From Pirellulales bacterium (lineage in GTDB: Bacteria > Planctomycetota > Planctomycetia > Pirellulales > PALSA-1355): 64,000 nt of DNA. Positions 54,207 through 64,000 of the stretch are shown here, in pieces (position 1 is the stretch's first letter; each line of letters opens with the position of its first letter). The DNA is taken from positions 1,376,001 through 1,440,000 of the forward strand of contig CAVTBU010000005.1 in NCBI GenBank assembly GCA_963733035.1, given 5' to 3'. The translations under genes were made by a program, and so were the position numbers. Under the pieces are notes generated by a model. That model saw only the letters and a list, made by a program, of their open reading frames with translations, did not search any database and was not told the DNA's origin.

Positions 54207-55070
54207 GTGAGCACCACGAAGACCCAAATTCGCGTCGGTCACAGTCCGGATCCAGACGACGCGTTCATGTTCCATGCGTTGGCCAACAAGAAGATCGACA
54301 CCGGCCCCTATGAGTTCCATCACGAACTCGTCGATATCGAAACTCTCAATCGTCGCGCTTTCTCAGGCGATCTCGAACTGACGGCTGTCAGCCTGCACGG
54401 CTACGCTCACCTGACCGACAAGTACATGCTCTGCCCATGTGGGGCGAGCATGGGCGACGGTTACGGTCCCATGGTGATCGCCACGCACGCCTACAGTATC
54501 AAGGACCTCAAGCGGATGACAATTGCCGTGCCCGGCACGCTAACCACCGCCTACCTGGCACTGCGGCTCTGCCTGGGCATCGACTTCAAGCACGTCGTCG
54601 TCCCGTTCGACGAAATCATTACTGCTGTCGAATCGGGGAACCACCATGGAACGCCGATTGACGCCGGGCTGATCATCCACGAAGGGCAACTTACTTATGC
54701 CGATCGAGGGCTGACGCTCATCGTCGACACGGGAAAGTGGTGGCTTGAATCCACGGGCCTGCCGCTGCCGCTGGGCGCCAACGCGATTCGCAAGGACCTT
54801 GGTCCGCAGGTGATTTCCGACGTGAACCGCCTGCTCAAACAGAGCATTCAATATGGGCTCGATCATCGCGAAGAGGCGCTCGCCTACGCGCTGCAATACG
54901 GCCGCGATTTGGATCAGAAGCGGGCCGACCGATTTGTCGGGATGTACGTGAACGACTGGACGCTCGATTTTGGCCAGAGGGGCCGCGAAGCCGTTCGCAC
55001 CTTACTTGCTCGCGGCTACGAGGCAAAAGTAATTCCAAAGTTGATCGAACCTGAGTTCGTTCAGGATTAG
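54207..55070 (+). CDS. mqnD: 1,4-dihydroxy-6-naphthoate synthase (futalosine menaquinone pathway)
   Basis: GHSPDPDDAFMF, DIETLN, IIHEGQLTY, LPLPLG, MYVN. Confidence 0.88.
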   Translation: MSTTKTQIRVGHSPDPDDAFMFHALANKKIDTGPYEFHHELVDIETLNRRAFSGDLELTAVSLHGYAHLTDKYMLCPCGASMGDGYGPMVIATHAYSIKDLKRMTIAVPGTLTTAYLALRLCLGIDFKHVVVPFDEIITAVESGNHHGTPIDAGLIIHEGQLTYADRGLTLIVDTGKWWLESTGLPLPLGANAIRKDLGPQVISDVNRLLKQSIQYGLDHREEALAYALQYGRDLDQKRADRFVGMYVNDWTLDFGQRGREAVRTLLARGYEAKVIPKLIEPEFVQD

Positions 55071-55081
55071 AGGTCGTATTC

Positions 55082-55369
55082 GTGTCCAGTTTCCAGCCGC
55101 CCCGACGACCGGAACGGCCCGAACTGCATCGGCCAGCGCAGCCTAAAACGTCGCTATTGCCGGTCGTGTTCGTGATTGTTCCGCTAATCGTATTGATTAC
55201 GGGAGCCGTCGCTTTCGCCGGCATGGCGGGTTTGTTGATGCTGGCGGTAGTCGCCAGTGTGCCGGCATTTATGCTGCTGCACTATCTACTGTGGGGGCGC
55301 TGGCTTGGCAAAAGCATCCGTCAGCAAGTTGCCGAGGAAAAGGAACAGGACGGCCGCGAAGACGTCTAA
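55082..55369 (+). CDS. Small two-TM membrane protein
   Basis: Hydrophobic core then HYLLWGRWL; 11 bp after mqnD. Confidence 0.65.
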   Translation: MSSFQPPRRPERPELHRPAQPKTSLLPVVFVIVPLIVLITGAVAFAGMAGLLMLAVVASVPAFMLLHYLLWGRWLGKSIRQQVAEEKEQDGREDV

Positions 55370-55447
55370 CCAAGACAGTTATGAGCCGACGATCAGACAT
55401 ACTCGACGTGTCGGTTACGGAAGGTAAGCGTAGACTCCTCTCCATTC

Positions 55448-56023
55448 CTAAAAGTAGTCAGGCTCACCACCCGCCTTCCACTTGATGTTGCAACCGATGC
55501 TCGGTTTCTGATCGACCAGGTCTGGTTGGCCAGCCAACACGGCGTCGAGCGCGGCGCGAAGATCCTGACCTGTTAAGGGCACACCTGAGTCCGGTCGACT
55601 GGCGTCCATCTGCCCGCGATAGACGAGCTTTTGGTTTCTGTCAAAGACGTAGAAGTCGGGTGTGCAGGCGGCGTGATAGGCTTTTGCCACCTGTTGGGTT
55701 TCGTCGTAAAGGTAGGGAAAGGTGTAGCCACGCAATTCGACTTCGTGGACCATCTGTTCCGGCGAATCAGCCGGGTGAGTCGACGCGTCATTGGCATTGA
55801 TTCCCACCACCGCGACGCCTTTAGCCTGATATTCCTGTGCCAGCTTCGCCAGTTCGGGTGCAACGTGGATGACGTACGGGCAATGATTGCACATAAAGAT
55901 AACCAACAGCGCCTTGGCATCCTTGAAGTCAGCCAGCGAAACCGTCTGGCCATCGACGTTTGGCAGCGAAAAATCTGGGGCCTTGGTACCCAGCGGCAAC
56001 ATCGTACTAGGCGTCAAAACCAT
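55448..56023 (-). CDS. Thioredoxin-family (AhpC/TSA-like) protein
   Basis: APDFSLP, CNHCPYV, AACTPDF, SIGCNIKWK; AGGAGG upstream. Confidence 0.9.
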   Translation of the reverse strand: MVLTPSTMLPLGTKAPDFSLPNVDGQTVSLADFKDAKALLVIFMCNHCPYVIHVAPELAKLAQEYQAKGVAVVGINANDASTHPADSPEQMVHEVELRGYTFPYLYDETQQVAKAYHAACTPDFYVFDRNQKLVYRGQMDASRPDSGVPLTGQDLRAALDAVLAGQPDLVDQKPSIGCNIKWKAGGEPDYF

Positions 56024-56250
56024 GAACACTCCTCCTAACGGGCATTCCCCATGGAATCTGATCTATAGTTTGTTCGGCCGAGAAGGTAGCCTCCCCCATC
56101 CGACCGTCCGCATTGCTGTGCTCATCTTAACAATGACCCAACGGCGGCAAACCCCCGTCGGTTGATTTGTTGACACCCGCGGCCAAACCACTACAGTGAA
56201 GCCCGGCACCGTAGGCGTGCCGCTTGCCCCCTATTCAAAGGAAACGAGTC

Positions 56251-56985
56251 ATGAACGAAAGCTACAATCCGTATGCCAGTTGGGGCATGGTAGCCGCCGA
56301 AGCGGAAACGAGTGATCGAGCGAAGTTCATCCGCTTGACGTACTTGCATCTCCTGGGGGCAATCCTGGCGTTCATCGGCGTTGAAGCATTCCTGCTAAGC
56401 GTTCCCGTCGTCCGCGAGACGATGATGTCGATTCTGGGCACGCGTTTTGGCTGGCTAATGGTACTGGGAGCCTTTATCGGCGTCAGCTATCTGGCCAACT
56501 ATTGGGCCAGTTCTTCCACATCGGTGGGCATGCAGTATTTGGGGCTTGTGGTTTATGTGCTGGCTGAGGCCGTGATCTTTGTTCCATTGCTGGTCGTGGC
56601 CGAGAGCTTTACCGAGGCCACTGGTACGAATGTCATCGGCATCGCGGCAGCGCTTACCATCGTCACGTTCATCGCGCTCACCGCGATCGTGTTCCTGACC
56701 GGAGCCGACTTTTCTTTCCTGGGTCCGTTTCTAGGAATCGCGGCCATCGTGGCGATGGGTGTCATCGTGTGCGGCCTCTTGTTTTCGCTGAATCTTTTCG
56801 GAATCATATTCATCGGAGCGCTCCTCCTGCTGTCAGCAGGCTACATTTTGTATGATACCAGCAACGTTTTACATCATTACCGCATCGGTCAGCATGTGGC
56901 CGCGTCGCTGGCGCTGTTCGCGTCGGTGGCACTGATGTTCTGGTATATGGTGCAGCTCGTGATGTCAGTAACGTCGCGCGATTGA
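56251..56985 (+). CDS. Bax inhibitor-1/YccA family membrane protein
   Basis: FIRLTYLHL, ~7 TM, ILYDTSNV. Confidence 0.85.
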   Translation: MNESYNPYASWGMVAAEAETSDRAKFIRLTYLHLLGAILAFIGVEAFLLSVPVVRETMMSILGTRFGWLMVLGAFIGVSYLANYWASSSTSVGMQYLGLVVYVLAEAVIFVPLLVVAESFTEATGTNVIGIAAALTIVTFIALTAIVFLTGADFSFLGPFLGIAAIVAMGVIVCGLLFSLNLFGIIFIGALLLLSAGYILYDTSNVLHHYRIGQHVAASLALFASVALMFWYMVQLVMSVTSRD

Positions 56986-57167
56986 GACGAGCGATTTTCA
57001 TACATGCACTGTCACGCTTGACGCTAGGCGTGTTACATCGCACGGGTGTCCAGCATCGCGGAAGTCGGCGGTGGCCCATTGAAACTGGCCGCCAAATCTG
57101 CCGGAATCTACAATCGCGCCGCCGGACACAATTTTGCCGGTTGCGTGGCAAGAATTGCGGAAAACCC

Positions 57168-57563
57168 ATGTCCGAAACGGTCGAATACCCGCCGCTTTAC
57201 TTGGCTGGCATCGCCTTTTTCAACAACTGCGACTTTTTCGAGAGCCACGAAGCCTGGGAGGAGCTTTGGACCGACTATCGGGGCCCCTCGCGCAAATTCT
57301 ACCAGGGGCTGATTCAAGCGGCGGTGGCTTTGCACCACTTCGGCAACGGCAACATTCGCGGGGCGCGCAAGTTGTACTTCAGTACCCGCGGCTATTTGGA
57401 GCCCTATCTACCGTTGCACATGGGGCTTGACCTGGAGAAGTTCCTGCAACAATTCGAACAGTGCTTTGCCGAGGTAACCGCCAGCCAGGAGGATTTTCCT
57501 CAAATCGACATTGTGCCGGACTTGATTCCTGAAATCCACCTGAACCCACCCCCGGTGGAATAA
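57168..57563 (+). CDS. DUF309 domain protein
   Basis: FFESHEAWEELW, FYQGLIQAAVALHH. Confidence 0.9.
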   Translation: MSETVEYPPLYLAGIAFFNNCDFFESHEAWEELWTDYRGPSRKFYQGLIQAAVALHHFGNGNIRGARKLYFSTRGYLEPYLPLHMGLDLEKFLQQFEQCFAEVTASQEDFPQIDIVPDLIPEIHLNPPPVE

Positions 57564-57627
57564 AGGGTGCGAGTGCCCGGCGACGTCCATACCACCTTGG
57601 TTCCGCTTCGCCCGCTGTAAACCCACT

Positions 57628-58332
57628 ATGGCCGACCACGAAGACGACCTGACGTTTGTGCCCGACCATTTCTCAGGCCGCGCACGTTTGTTTCCACTGC
57701 CGAACCTCGTGCTGTTTCCGCACGTGATCCAGCCACTGCATATCTTTGAGCGACGCTACGTAGAGATGTTTCTCGATGCCGTCGAGGATGACCGGCTGAT
57801 CGCGATGTCCGTGCTCGAATCCGGCTGGGAGAATGACTACGACGGTCGTCCAGCAATTGCGCCGGTCGCGTGCCTGGGTCGGGTGATCACCTGGCAGGCA
57901 CAAGGCGACTCCCGCTACAACCTGCTGCTGCTTGGCCTGCAGCGCGTGCGTATCACTTGCGAGCTGCCACCGCAGCGATCGTTTCGTGAGGCCGAGGTAG
58001 AGCTGTTGCCGGATTGTTACCCGCCACAGACCGAGGAGTTGCGTCCCGCCTTGCATCAAAAACTGGTGGCGACATTTGAGCAATTGATGCCGCGAATCAA
58101 AGATGCCGACGAACTGTTCAATCAGCTATCCGTGGAAAGCGTAACGCTTGGGACGCTTACCGACGTGGTCGCCTACGCGCTCGATCTGGAACTGCACGTG
58201 AAGCGAGCGCTACTCTCTGAACCGTGCGTCGATCGCCGTGCCACCATGCTCCTATCGCATCTTTGCGGGGCCAAGCGCGATACGCGGCCATTGAGCCTGG
58301 CCGGGTTTCCACCGGCTTTTAGCACGAATTGA
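57628..58332 (+). CDS. LON peptidase substrate-binding domain protein
   Basis: LFPLPNLVLFPHVIQPLHIFERRY. Confidence 0.88.
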   Translation: MADHEDDLTFVPDHFSGRARLFPLPNLVLFPHVIQPLHIFERRYVEMFLDAVEDDRLIAMSVLESGWENDYDGRPAIAPVACLGRVITWQAQGDSRYNLLLLGLQRVRITCELPPQRSFREAEVELLPDCYPPQTEELRPALHQKLVATFEQLMPRIKDADELFNQLSVESVTLGTLTDVVAYALDLELHVKRALLSEPCVDRRATMLLSHLCGAKRDTRPLSLAGFPPAFSTN

Positions 58333-58398
58333 TGCCCCGAAACGATCTCGGCATTGCGCCGCTTGACCGTTTGACCCGGTGGCTTTTAAGATCGATTC

Positions 58399-59064
58399 AT
58401 GCCTACCACCAACAACCAGCCCGAAGATCACACCACGACGGACGTCGGCAGCCTTGCCGGCGAGCAGGATCCTGCCCAGTTGCAGCCTGGAAGGTCACCT
58501 GTGGACGAGGCTCGCATTGCCTCGGCCGTGCGTGAAATTCTCTCAGCGGTGGGCGAAAATCCAGACCGAGAGGGTCTGCGCGAAACCCCCGCACGCGTGG
58601 GGCGAATGTACGCCGAGATGTTTAGCGGGCTGCACGAAGACCCACGCGCACACCTGCGGAAGTTCTTCACCGAGCAATACGACGAGGTCGTATTGGTTCG
58701 AGATATCAGTTTCAACAGCATGTGCGAACACCATATGCTGCCATTTATGGGGCAAGCGCACATCGGCTACATGCCGAATGGCCGCGTGATTGGTCTGAGC
58801 AAGTTGGCTCGCGTCGTCGAGGTCGTGGCCCGTCGACCGCAAGTGCAAGAGCGGATGACCGAAACGATCGCCAACTTGTTACTCGAAGAACTGGACGCCC
58901 GGGGCGTGGCCGTGGTCATCGAGGCGACACATACGTGTATGACAATCCGCGGCATTCGCAAGCCGGGAAGCCTCTGCGTGACTTCGGCCATGAAGGGAAT
59001 CTTCCGGTCAAATCTCTCCAGTCGTTCAGAAATGATGAACCTAATTTACGGCGGCCGCCGATAG
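58399..59064 (+). CDS. folE: GTP cyclohydrolase I
   Basis: REGLRETPARV, SMCEHHMLPF, GLSKLAR, QVQERMT, HTCMTIRG. Confidence 0.96.
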   Translation: MPTTNNQPEDHTTTDVGSLAGEQDPAQLQPGRSPVDEARIASAVREILSAVGENPDREGLRETPARVGRMYAEMFSGLHEDPRAHLRKFFTEQYDEVVLVRDISFNSMCEHHMLPFMGQAHIGYMPNGRVIGLSKLARVVEVVARRPQVQERMTETIANLLLEELDARGVAVVIEATHTCMTIRGIRKPGSLCVTSAMKGIFRSNLSSRSEMMNLIYGGRR

Positions 59065-59216
59065 CGGGAACAAACTCTCAATCGTGCAAGTGCGGCTTTT
59101 TTCGGTACCCTTCTCGCCGCACGTCCAATATTGCCGCAGCCCCCTTTTCAAGGGGCGTTGATTTGGGGAAGATTTCGGCTCGCGATTGACAAAATTTTCC
59201 GCGGGACCCGTCGCTT

Positions 59217-59969
59217 GTGGCTATTCTGACACAGTTCATCTTTCGCCTCTCGTTCGGCATGGCGCTGGGTATGGCGCTTACCAGTGCGAAGCAGGTGACC
59301 AGTGGGTACTATCGCAACCATTTATATGTGCTGCTGGGCTTGAATGTCCTGGCAGCAATGGTGGCGATTACTTCCGATCAGCGATTCGATTTGTTACCTC
59401 CGATTGTGGCGGCGGTCCTAAGCTACGTCGGCGCGGTCATGTGGCTCTATGAAAAACCACGGGCGGGAGTCGTGTCGCTCGGCCTCTTGTCGGCCGTCGA
59501 TCTTTGGGGCGCCTGGGCAGCAACCAACTGGCAACCCGCCACCGATCCATTGCGAACGACGCTTGTGACCCTCGATCCGCTCACCAGCGGTCTGCTACTT
59601 GGCTTCACGATGGCGGCCATGTTCCTGGGACACTGGTACTTGAATTCGCCCGGCATGTCCATCGGTCCGCTGGAACGGCTCGTGGTGCTGATGGGGGTGG
59701 CCGTGTGCTTGCGGGCGGTCGTCGAGGGGATCATTACGGCCCTGTATCTGGCGACCGGCTGGCCCAGCACGGGACAGTTGCTGTTCATCGCACTGCGCTG
59801 GCTGTCGGGCCTGATTGGAGCCATCATTCTGGTAGTTATGACCCACAAGACGCTAAAAATCCCCAACACGCAGAGCGCCACGGGAATCCTGTACGTCTGC
59901 GTGATTGCCACATATCTGGGCGAACTCGTCTCACTGTTGCTCGACCTGCCGGCTGCTCCGCCGATTTGA
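59217..59969 (+). CDS. Hypothetical multi-pass membrane protein
   Basis: ~8 hydrophobic helices; AMFLGHWYL and NTQSATGILY conserved-looking motifs. Confidence 0.75.
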   Translation: MAILTQFIFRLSFGMALGMALTSAKQVTSGYYRNHLYVLLGLNVLAAMVAITSDQRFDLLPPIVAAVLSYVGAVMWLYEKPRAGVVSLGLLSAVDLWGAWAATNWQPATDPLRTTLVTLDPLTSGLLLGFTMAAMFLGHWYLNSPGMSIGPLERLVVLMGVAVCLRAVVEGIITALYLATGWPSTGQLLFIALRWLSGLIGAIILVVMTHKTLKIPNTQSATGILYVCVIATYLGELVSLLLDLPAAPPI

Positions 59970-60165
59970 AATCTGGCGCACGGAGGCCCCGCCAATGGCA
60001 TCGCCGGATCGACCTCCGCGCGACCGGCCAAAGCCCCCAATCGGAACTTTTGTTATGGCCGATGCCGCAAAGTTTTGCCAATGTGAACATTTCCCCGCGA
60101 CTGGCGTCGTCCTACAATAGAACAGGATTGTTTTGGTCGAAGTCAGTGTACAAGGAGATTCCGCA

Positions 60166-60525
60166 ATGCGCCACATGACGATTTTGGGGCTAGTCGTTGC
60201 GTCGATGATACTGACTGCTGGCCGTGCGCATGCCCAAGGCTGGTTTCAGGGAACATCGGACAACCCCGTTGGCCCCACGGTGAGTCCGTACTTGAACCTC
60301 CTACAAACGAACCAGTTTGGTGCTACGAACTACCAATCATTGGTGAAGCCGCTAGTCGACCAGCACAACGCAATCAACCGCCAGGGGAATTCGCTAAACC
60401 GCCTGCAACAGCAAGTAAACACGTTTAGTTCTGGCGCAGGCAGCGCACCTAGTGGACAGGGTACCGGCCATGTAACGTTCTTCATGAACTATTCGCACTT
60501 CTATCCGCCGCCGGCGGCCCGCTAA
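60166..60525 (+). CDS. Hypothetical secreted protein
   Basis: AGGAG RBS, signal peptide (AHA), PTVSPYLNLL, FMNYSHFYP. Confidence 0.7.
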   Translation: MRHMTILGLVVASMILTAGRAHAQGWFQGTSDNPVGPTVSPYLNLLQTNQFGATNYQSLVKPLVDQHNAINRQGNSLNRLQQQVNTFSSGAGSAPSGQGTGHVTFFMNYSHFYPPPAAR

Positions 60526-60665
60526 GCCGAGCCGCGAATGCTTTTCTTCGCCGCTGGGCTGGCGTCGCGCGGGGCGTAAAGTTTGTCGCAACTTCACGGC
60601 TGTGCTAGATTGACCGGGCCGCGGTGCGTTGGCCACCGCCCAAGGTCTTTCTGGGAGCCCGTACG

Positions 60666-61253
60666 ATGAACTATCGCGCGTTTTGCCTTTTCGGGTTGCT
60701 GTGTCTCATCCAGTTCGGATGCGTTCAGCGGATGTCCGATGAAGCCGCCCATCCCCTGATTGGCAAGAAGGCCCCGCTATTCACCGGCACGTTGCTCGAC
60801 GAGAGTGTTTTCGATCTGGGCGAGCACCTGGGACAGGACGTAATCATCCTTGACTTCTGGGCCACCTGGTGCGGGCCATGCCGCGAAGCCTTGCCAACGC
60901 TTGCAAAAGTTGCCTCCGAGTATCACGATCGTGGCGTGGCGTTTTATGCCGTCGACATGGGCGAAACTGCCGCCGAGGTGCAAGCCTATCTCGACCAATC
61001 TTCGCTGCCGTTGACTGTCGTTATGGACAGCGATGGATCGGTGGCCGACGCGTACGGGGTCGAGGCAATTCCGCAAACCGTGATCATTGATCGTCGAGGG
61101 AACGTGCGTTTCGTGCATGTTGGAGTCAGCGGCGACCTGCGGCAGCGCTTGACAAGCGAACTTGACGAGTTGGTTGCTGAATCCGGTTCGGTCGAAAACG
61201 CGGCGCCGATGGCGAGGGTCAATGGCGTTCCCAAGTATTCTCAATGGAGGTAG
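60666..61253 (+). CDS. TlpA-family disulfide reductase (probable lipoprotein)
   Basis: LDFWATWCGPC, IPQTVIIDRRG. Confidence 0.9.
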   Translation: MNYRAFCLFGLLCLIQFGCVQRMSDEAAHPLIGKKAPLFTGTLLDESVFDLGEHLGQDVIILDFWATWCGPCREALPTLAKVASEYHDRGVAFYAVDMGETAAEVQAYLDQSSLPLTVVMDSDGSVADAYGVEAIPQTVIIDRRGNVRFVHVGVSGDLRQRLTSELDELVAESGSVENAAPMARVNGVPKYSQWR

Positions 61254-61258
61254 TCCAG

Positions 61259-62044
61259 ATGCCAGTGCTCAGCCGTTTCGGCATATGTCTGGTGCTAGTC
61301 GCGCTCACGAACGCGGGCATCGCTCCACTTCTGCGCGCGGCCGACTTTCATCATGTGCACCTCAACTCGACCGACCCGGTCGCAGCCGCCAAATGGTACG
61401 CCGACAACTGGGGAGGCGAGGCCAAAAAGACTGGCATCTTCAGCGCAACAAGCTTTGGAAAGGTTGTGTTCATTTATTTCAAGGCCAAGCCGGGCTTTGC
61501 CGGCTCCCACGGCAGCGTCGTTGATCACATTGGCTTCTCAGTGCCGAACCTTGAGACCAAGCTAAAGCAGTTGGCCGACGCCAAGGCCGAGATCGTTTCC
61601 GGCATCGAGCAGGAAGGCTCCATCCGCTATGCCTACGCAAAGGATCCCTGGGGTACGCTCATCGAAATCCTCGAAGACCCCGAAATTCAAGGATTTCATC
61701 ACGTACACCTGGCTTCCGTCGACCCGCAGAAGACCCTCGCTTGGTATTCGTCGGCCTTTGGCGGCCAAGTAAGCCGGTTTGCGGGCCGGGTGCCCGGCAT
61801 CCGTTACGGCGATGTGTGGCTCTTGGTCAGGCCGGTGATGGAGGCGCCCGCGCCAACCAAAGGTCGATCGATCGACCATATCAGCTGGGCTTTCAAGGAC
61901 CTCGACGCCGAAGCGGCACGGCTGAAAACTGAGGACGTGAAATTCACGATGGAACCGACCAAATTCGGCTCGGGAAAGATCGCGTTCGTAATCGATCCAT
62001 CGGGAGTGCTCATCGAACTTGTCGGACCGGCCAAGGCGAATTGA
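61259..62044 (+). CDS. Secreted two-domain VOC (glyoxalase) family protein
   Basis: Signal peptide; duplicated FHHVHL...DHIGF/DHISW...DPxGxxIE. Confidence 0.85.
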   Translation: MPVLSRFGICLVLVALTNAGIAPLLRAADFHHVHLNSTDPVAAAKWYADNWGGEAKKTGIFSATSFGKVVFIYFKAKPGFAGSHGSVVDHIGFSVPNLETKLKQLADAKAEIVSGIEQEGSIRYAYAKDPWGTLIEILEDPEIQGFHHVHLASVDPQKTLAWYSSAFGGQVSRFAGRVPGIRYGDVWLLVRPVMEAPAPTKGRSIDHISWAFKDLDAEAARLKTEDVKFTMEPTKFGSGKIAFVIDPSGVLIELVGPAKAN

Positions 62045-62072
62045 TCCTGACGCGGCGTGCGAAACCATGCCG

Positions 62073-62654
62073 CTAGGGGACATAACCGAGTCTGGCTTCG
62101 AGCCCCGACCGCACGTTCGGCCACTCGTCGACCGTAACACTGTAGATCACGGTGTCGCGAATATATCCATCCGGCCGGATCATGTGCTTGCGCAGCACGC
62201 CTTCGCGAACCGCGCCTAGTTTTTCGATGGCCCGCTGACTGTGCGCATTGCGCAGGTCGGTCTTCAGCTGCACGCGTACCGCTTTTTGATCCTCGAAGGC
62301 ATGGCGAAACAGCAGGTATTTGCATTCGGGATTGACGAGCGTGCCCTGATGCGGCTTGGCGATCCAGGTGAACCCAATTTCCACGCCACGATCGGCCGGG
62401 CGAATGTCCAGATAAGATGTCACACCGATCGCGCGTCCTGACTCACGATGCACGATTGCAAAGGGGCAATACCCGGTTGCCGAACCGAGGAACTGAATCA
62501 GTGCCGTGAAGCCGGCGGGCGAAAAATCAGGCGGCGGAAAATGGTAAGTGAACAGGTCGGGCGAGCAGGATGCCGACAGATCCCCGGCGTGACTGGCTGC
62601 CAGCGGCACGAGCCGGGCCACCCGCCCTTCAAGCGTAATTGGCCGAATGTCCAT
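62073..62654 (-). CDS. GNAT (RimJ/RimL-like) N-acetyltransferase
   Basis: VEIGFTWI, SQRAIEKLGAVREGVLRKH, RDTVIYS. Confidence 0.9.
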   Translation of the reverse strand: MDIRPITLEGRVARLVPLAASHAGDLSASCSPDLFTYHFPPPDFSPAGFTALIQFLGSATGYCPFAIVHRESGRAIGVTSYLDIRPADRGVEIGFTWIAKPHQGTLVNPECKYLLFRHAFEDQKAVRVQLKTDLRNAHSQRAIEKLGAVREGVLRKHMIRPDGYIRDTVIYSVTVDEWPNVRSGLEARLGYVP

Positions 62655-62711
62655 GCCGCGAATGATAACGCCAGATGATAAACTTCAAGCTCACCAACCC
62701 CGAGGACATCT

Positions 62712-63056
62712 TTATGGCTGATAGCCGCGACGCGAACTGGAGCGCGTTTCAACTTGCGGCTCGTTCGAATAGTATGCCCGGCTGCCCGGCTGTCGTTCAA
62801 CGGCACCATCTTGCGGTAACATGCCACGACTTCGTTGCCAGGAGTGCAGCCGCTGCGATACCGTCGGGGCTGGAATCGGGCCCATGCCATATCCCAAATA
62901 GAGAAACCCGTTGTGGACGTAGTAGTTGTGATTGTTGCGCGGGACTCGGCAGTTGTATCGCTCCCGCGCGCTGCAGTTTGCCGCCTGAACCAAAAGGGCC
63001 AGGAGTCCGGTCGCCACTACGATGTTCCCCTTCCACCATCGCACTTTACGGTTCAT
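62712..63056 (-). CDS. Hypothetical, possibly secreted protein
   Basis: GGGGAG before ATG; basic + hydrophobic N-terminus; no family recognised. Confidence 0.4.
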   Translation of the reverse strand: MNRKVRWWKGNIVVATGLLALLVQAANCSARERYNCRVPRNNHNYYVHNGFLYLGYGMGPIPAPTVSQRLHSWQRSRGMLPQDGAVERQPGSRAYYSNEPQVETRSSSRRGYQP

Positions 63057-63253
63057 CGGCTCCCCACCTTCGTTCGCCTCGTTTACAGACGGGCTGACTG
63101 CCCTCTTCAACAGCTTCGACCGGCCACACCTCCTACTGCAGACTCTCGCCGGCCAGCGGGCAGATCGGCTCTTGGTGTACCTCGTCGCACGCGATGTGCC
63201 GCTTGTAGCGATTCACGTGTCACCAGCCCATCGGCGAACGGTGCGTCCTACGG

Positions 63254-64000
63254 CTAGCGTTCGAGTAGCTGTCCCATGGCAAGCTCTGCCAGCAGTTCAT
63301 CATCCGGTGAGGACTCGGCCGGGCGCAGCTCGGTCCCGGCGATTTTGTCCAAAACGAGCTCGTTTACTTCCCATGCGCCTGTCCGTGGTTCAGAGGTGAC
63401 ATCCGCTCGCCGAAGAATCAAACTAGCCGAGACACTCGTTGTCGCTTCTTGGCCCACAGGTAACTCGTTATCGCGCAGGGCCAATGCCGCCGCAACGGCC
63501 GCATGGCTCTCGTCCGCCGATGCGGACGCCGTTGCAACCGGTGATGGTGCGAGAGAGAGCATGTAGAGATACCCACCGTTTGTGCGTGCTATGATTTGAT
63601 CGTCGGCGTTGACGAGCCCATTTCGATCAAAGTCGCGAATGTTGGTTACGCTCTGGCCGAAGGCCAGATGAATTCGCGCGCTGATCTCGTCCACGGCATT
63701 CGTCACGGCAATCGTCGAAGATGCACCTTCGCCGGTATCTCCCACACGATTGCCGAAATAGAAAACATCGGGCGTTACCAGTCCGGTGTGTGAATTGGCG
63801 GCCGCAGTAACTTCAAGCCAGGTATTTTTGACGGCGCCGTCGTCCCAAATGATTTCTACGCGGTCGGCTCCCGATTCTCCGGCACCCGGACGAACCGAAA
63901 TCGCCGTCGGGCTCGGTGCCGCCAACCACGTGGCCGGCGAATTGTTCGTACCCATACGAAATGTGAAGTCATCGGCACTAATCGTGCCATGCGAACCGGC
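63254..64000 (-). CDS. C-terminal end of a large secreted protein carrying the same repeat domain as 46187-50977 (5' truncated by window)
   Basis: VRPGAG...RVEIIWDD..VKNTWLEV...DVFYFGNRVGDTG...DFDRNGLVN. Confidence 0.85.
   Translation of the reverse strand, partial: AGSHGTISADDFTFRMGTNNSPATWLAAPSPTAISVRPGAGESGADRVEIIWDDGAVKNTWLEVTAAANSHTGLVTPDVFYFGNRVGDTGEGASSTIAVTNAVDEISARIHLAFGQSVTNIRDFDRNGLVNADDQIIARTNGGYLYMLSLAPSPVATASASADESHAAVAAALALRDNELPVGQEATTSVSASLILRRADVTSEPRTGAWEVNELVLDKIAGTELRPAESSPDDELLAELAMGQLLER

Overview
GC-rich chromosomal window from a planctomycete, probably Pirellulales. The markers are DUF1559, a DUF1501 + DUF1549/DUF1553 pair, two PEP-CTERM proteins and a secreted giant with an 'LEDRRLL' motif. 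About 55 CDS were found; no rRNA, tRNA, CRISPR array or mobile element was recognised. The most unusual part is an arsenic island at 1-4032: DUF1559, a Cys-rich PhyH-family Fe(II)/2OG dioxygenase, an ArsI/CadI C-As-lyase domain fused to a degenerate ArsM-like methyltransferase domain, then arsR-arsC-arsM with a duplicated operator-like motif. This looks like a candidate undescribed organoarsenical-processing pathway. The rest is mostly housekeeping: rsmG, sat, Rrf2 + cysH, rhaB, two S41 proteases, MMPL, tandem GSIII (sigma-54 promoter) and GSI, tsaD, HtrA, LptF/G, ComF, hemC, fliW-csrA, mqnD and folE. There are two large mosaic secreted proteins (VWA/secretin-like, and repeat/sialidase/LamG). 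Seven genes carry apparent small-indel frameshifts, six of them at GCGC, which points to sequencing artefacts (possibly methylation-linked) rather than pseudogenes. All calls are by-eye motif recognition; no database searches were run.
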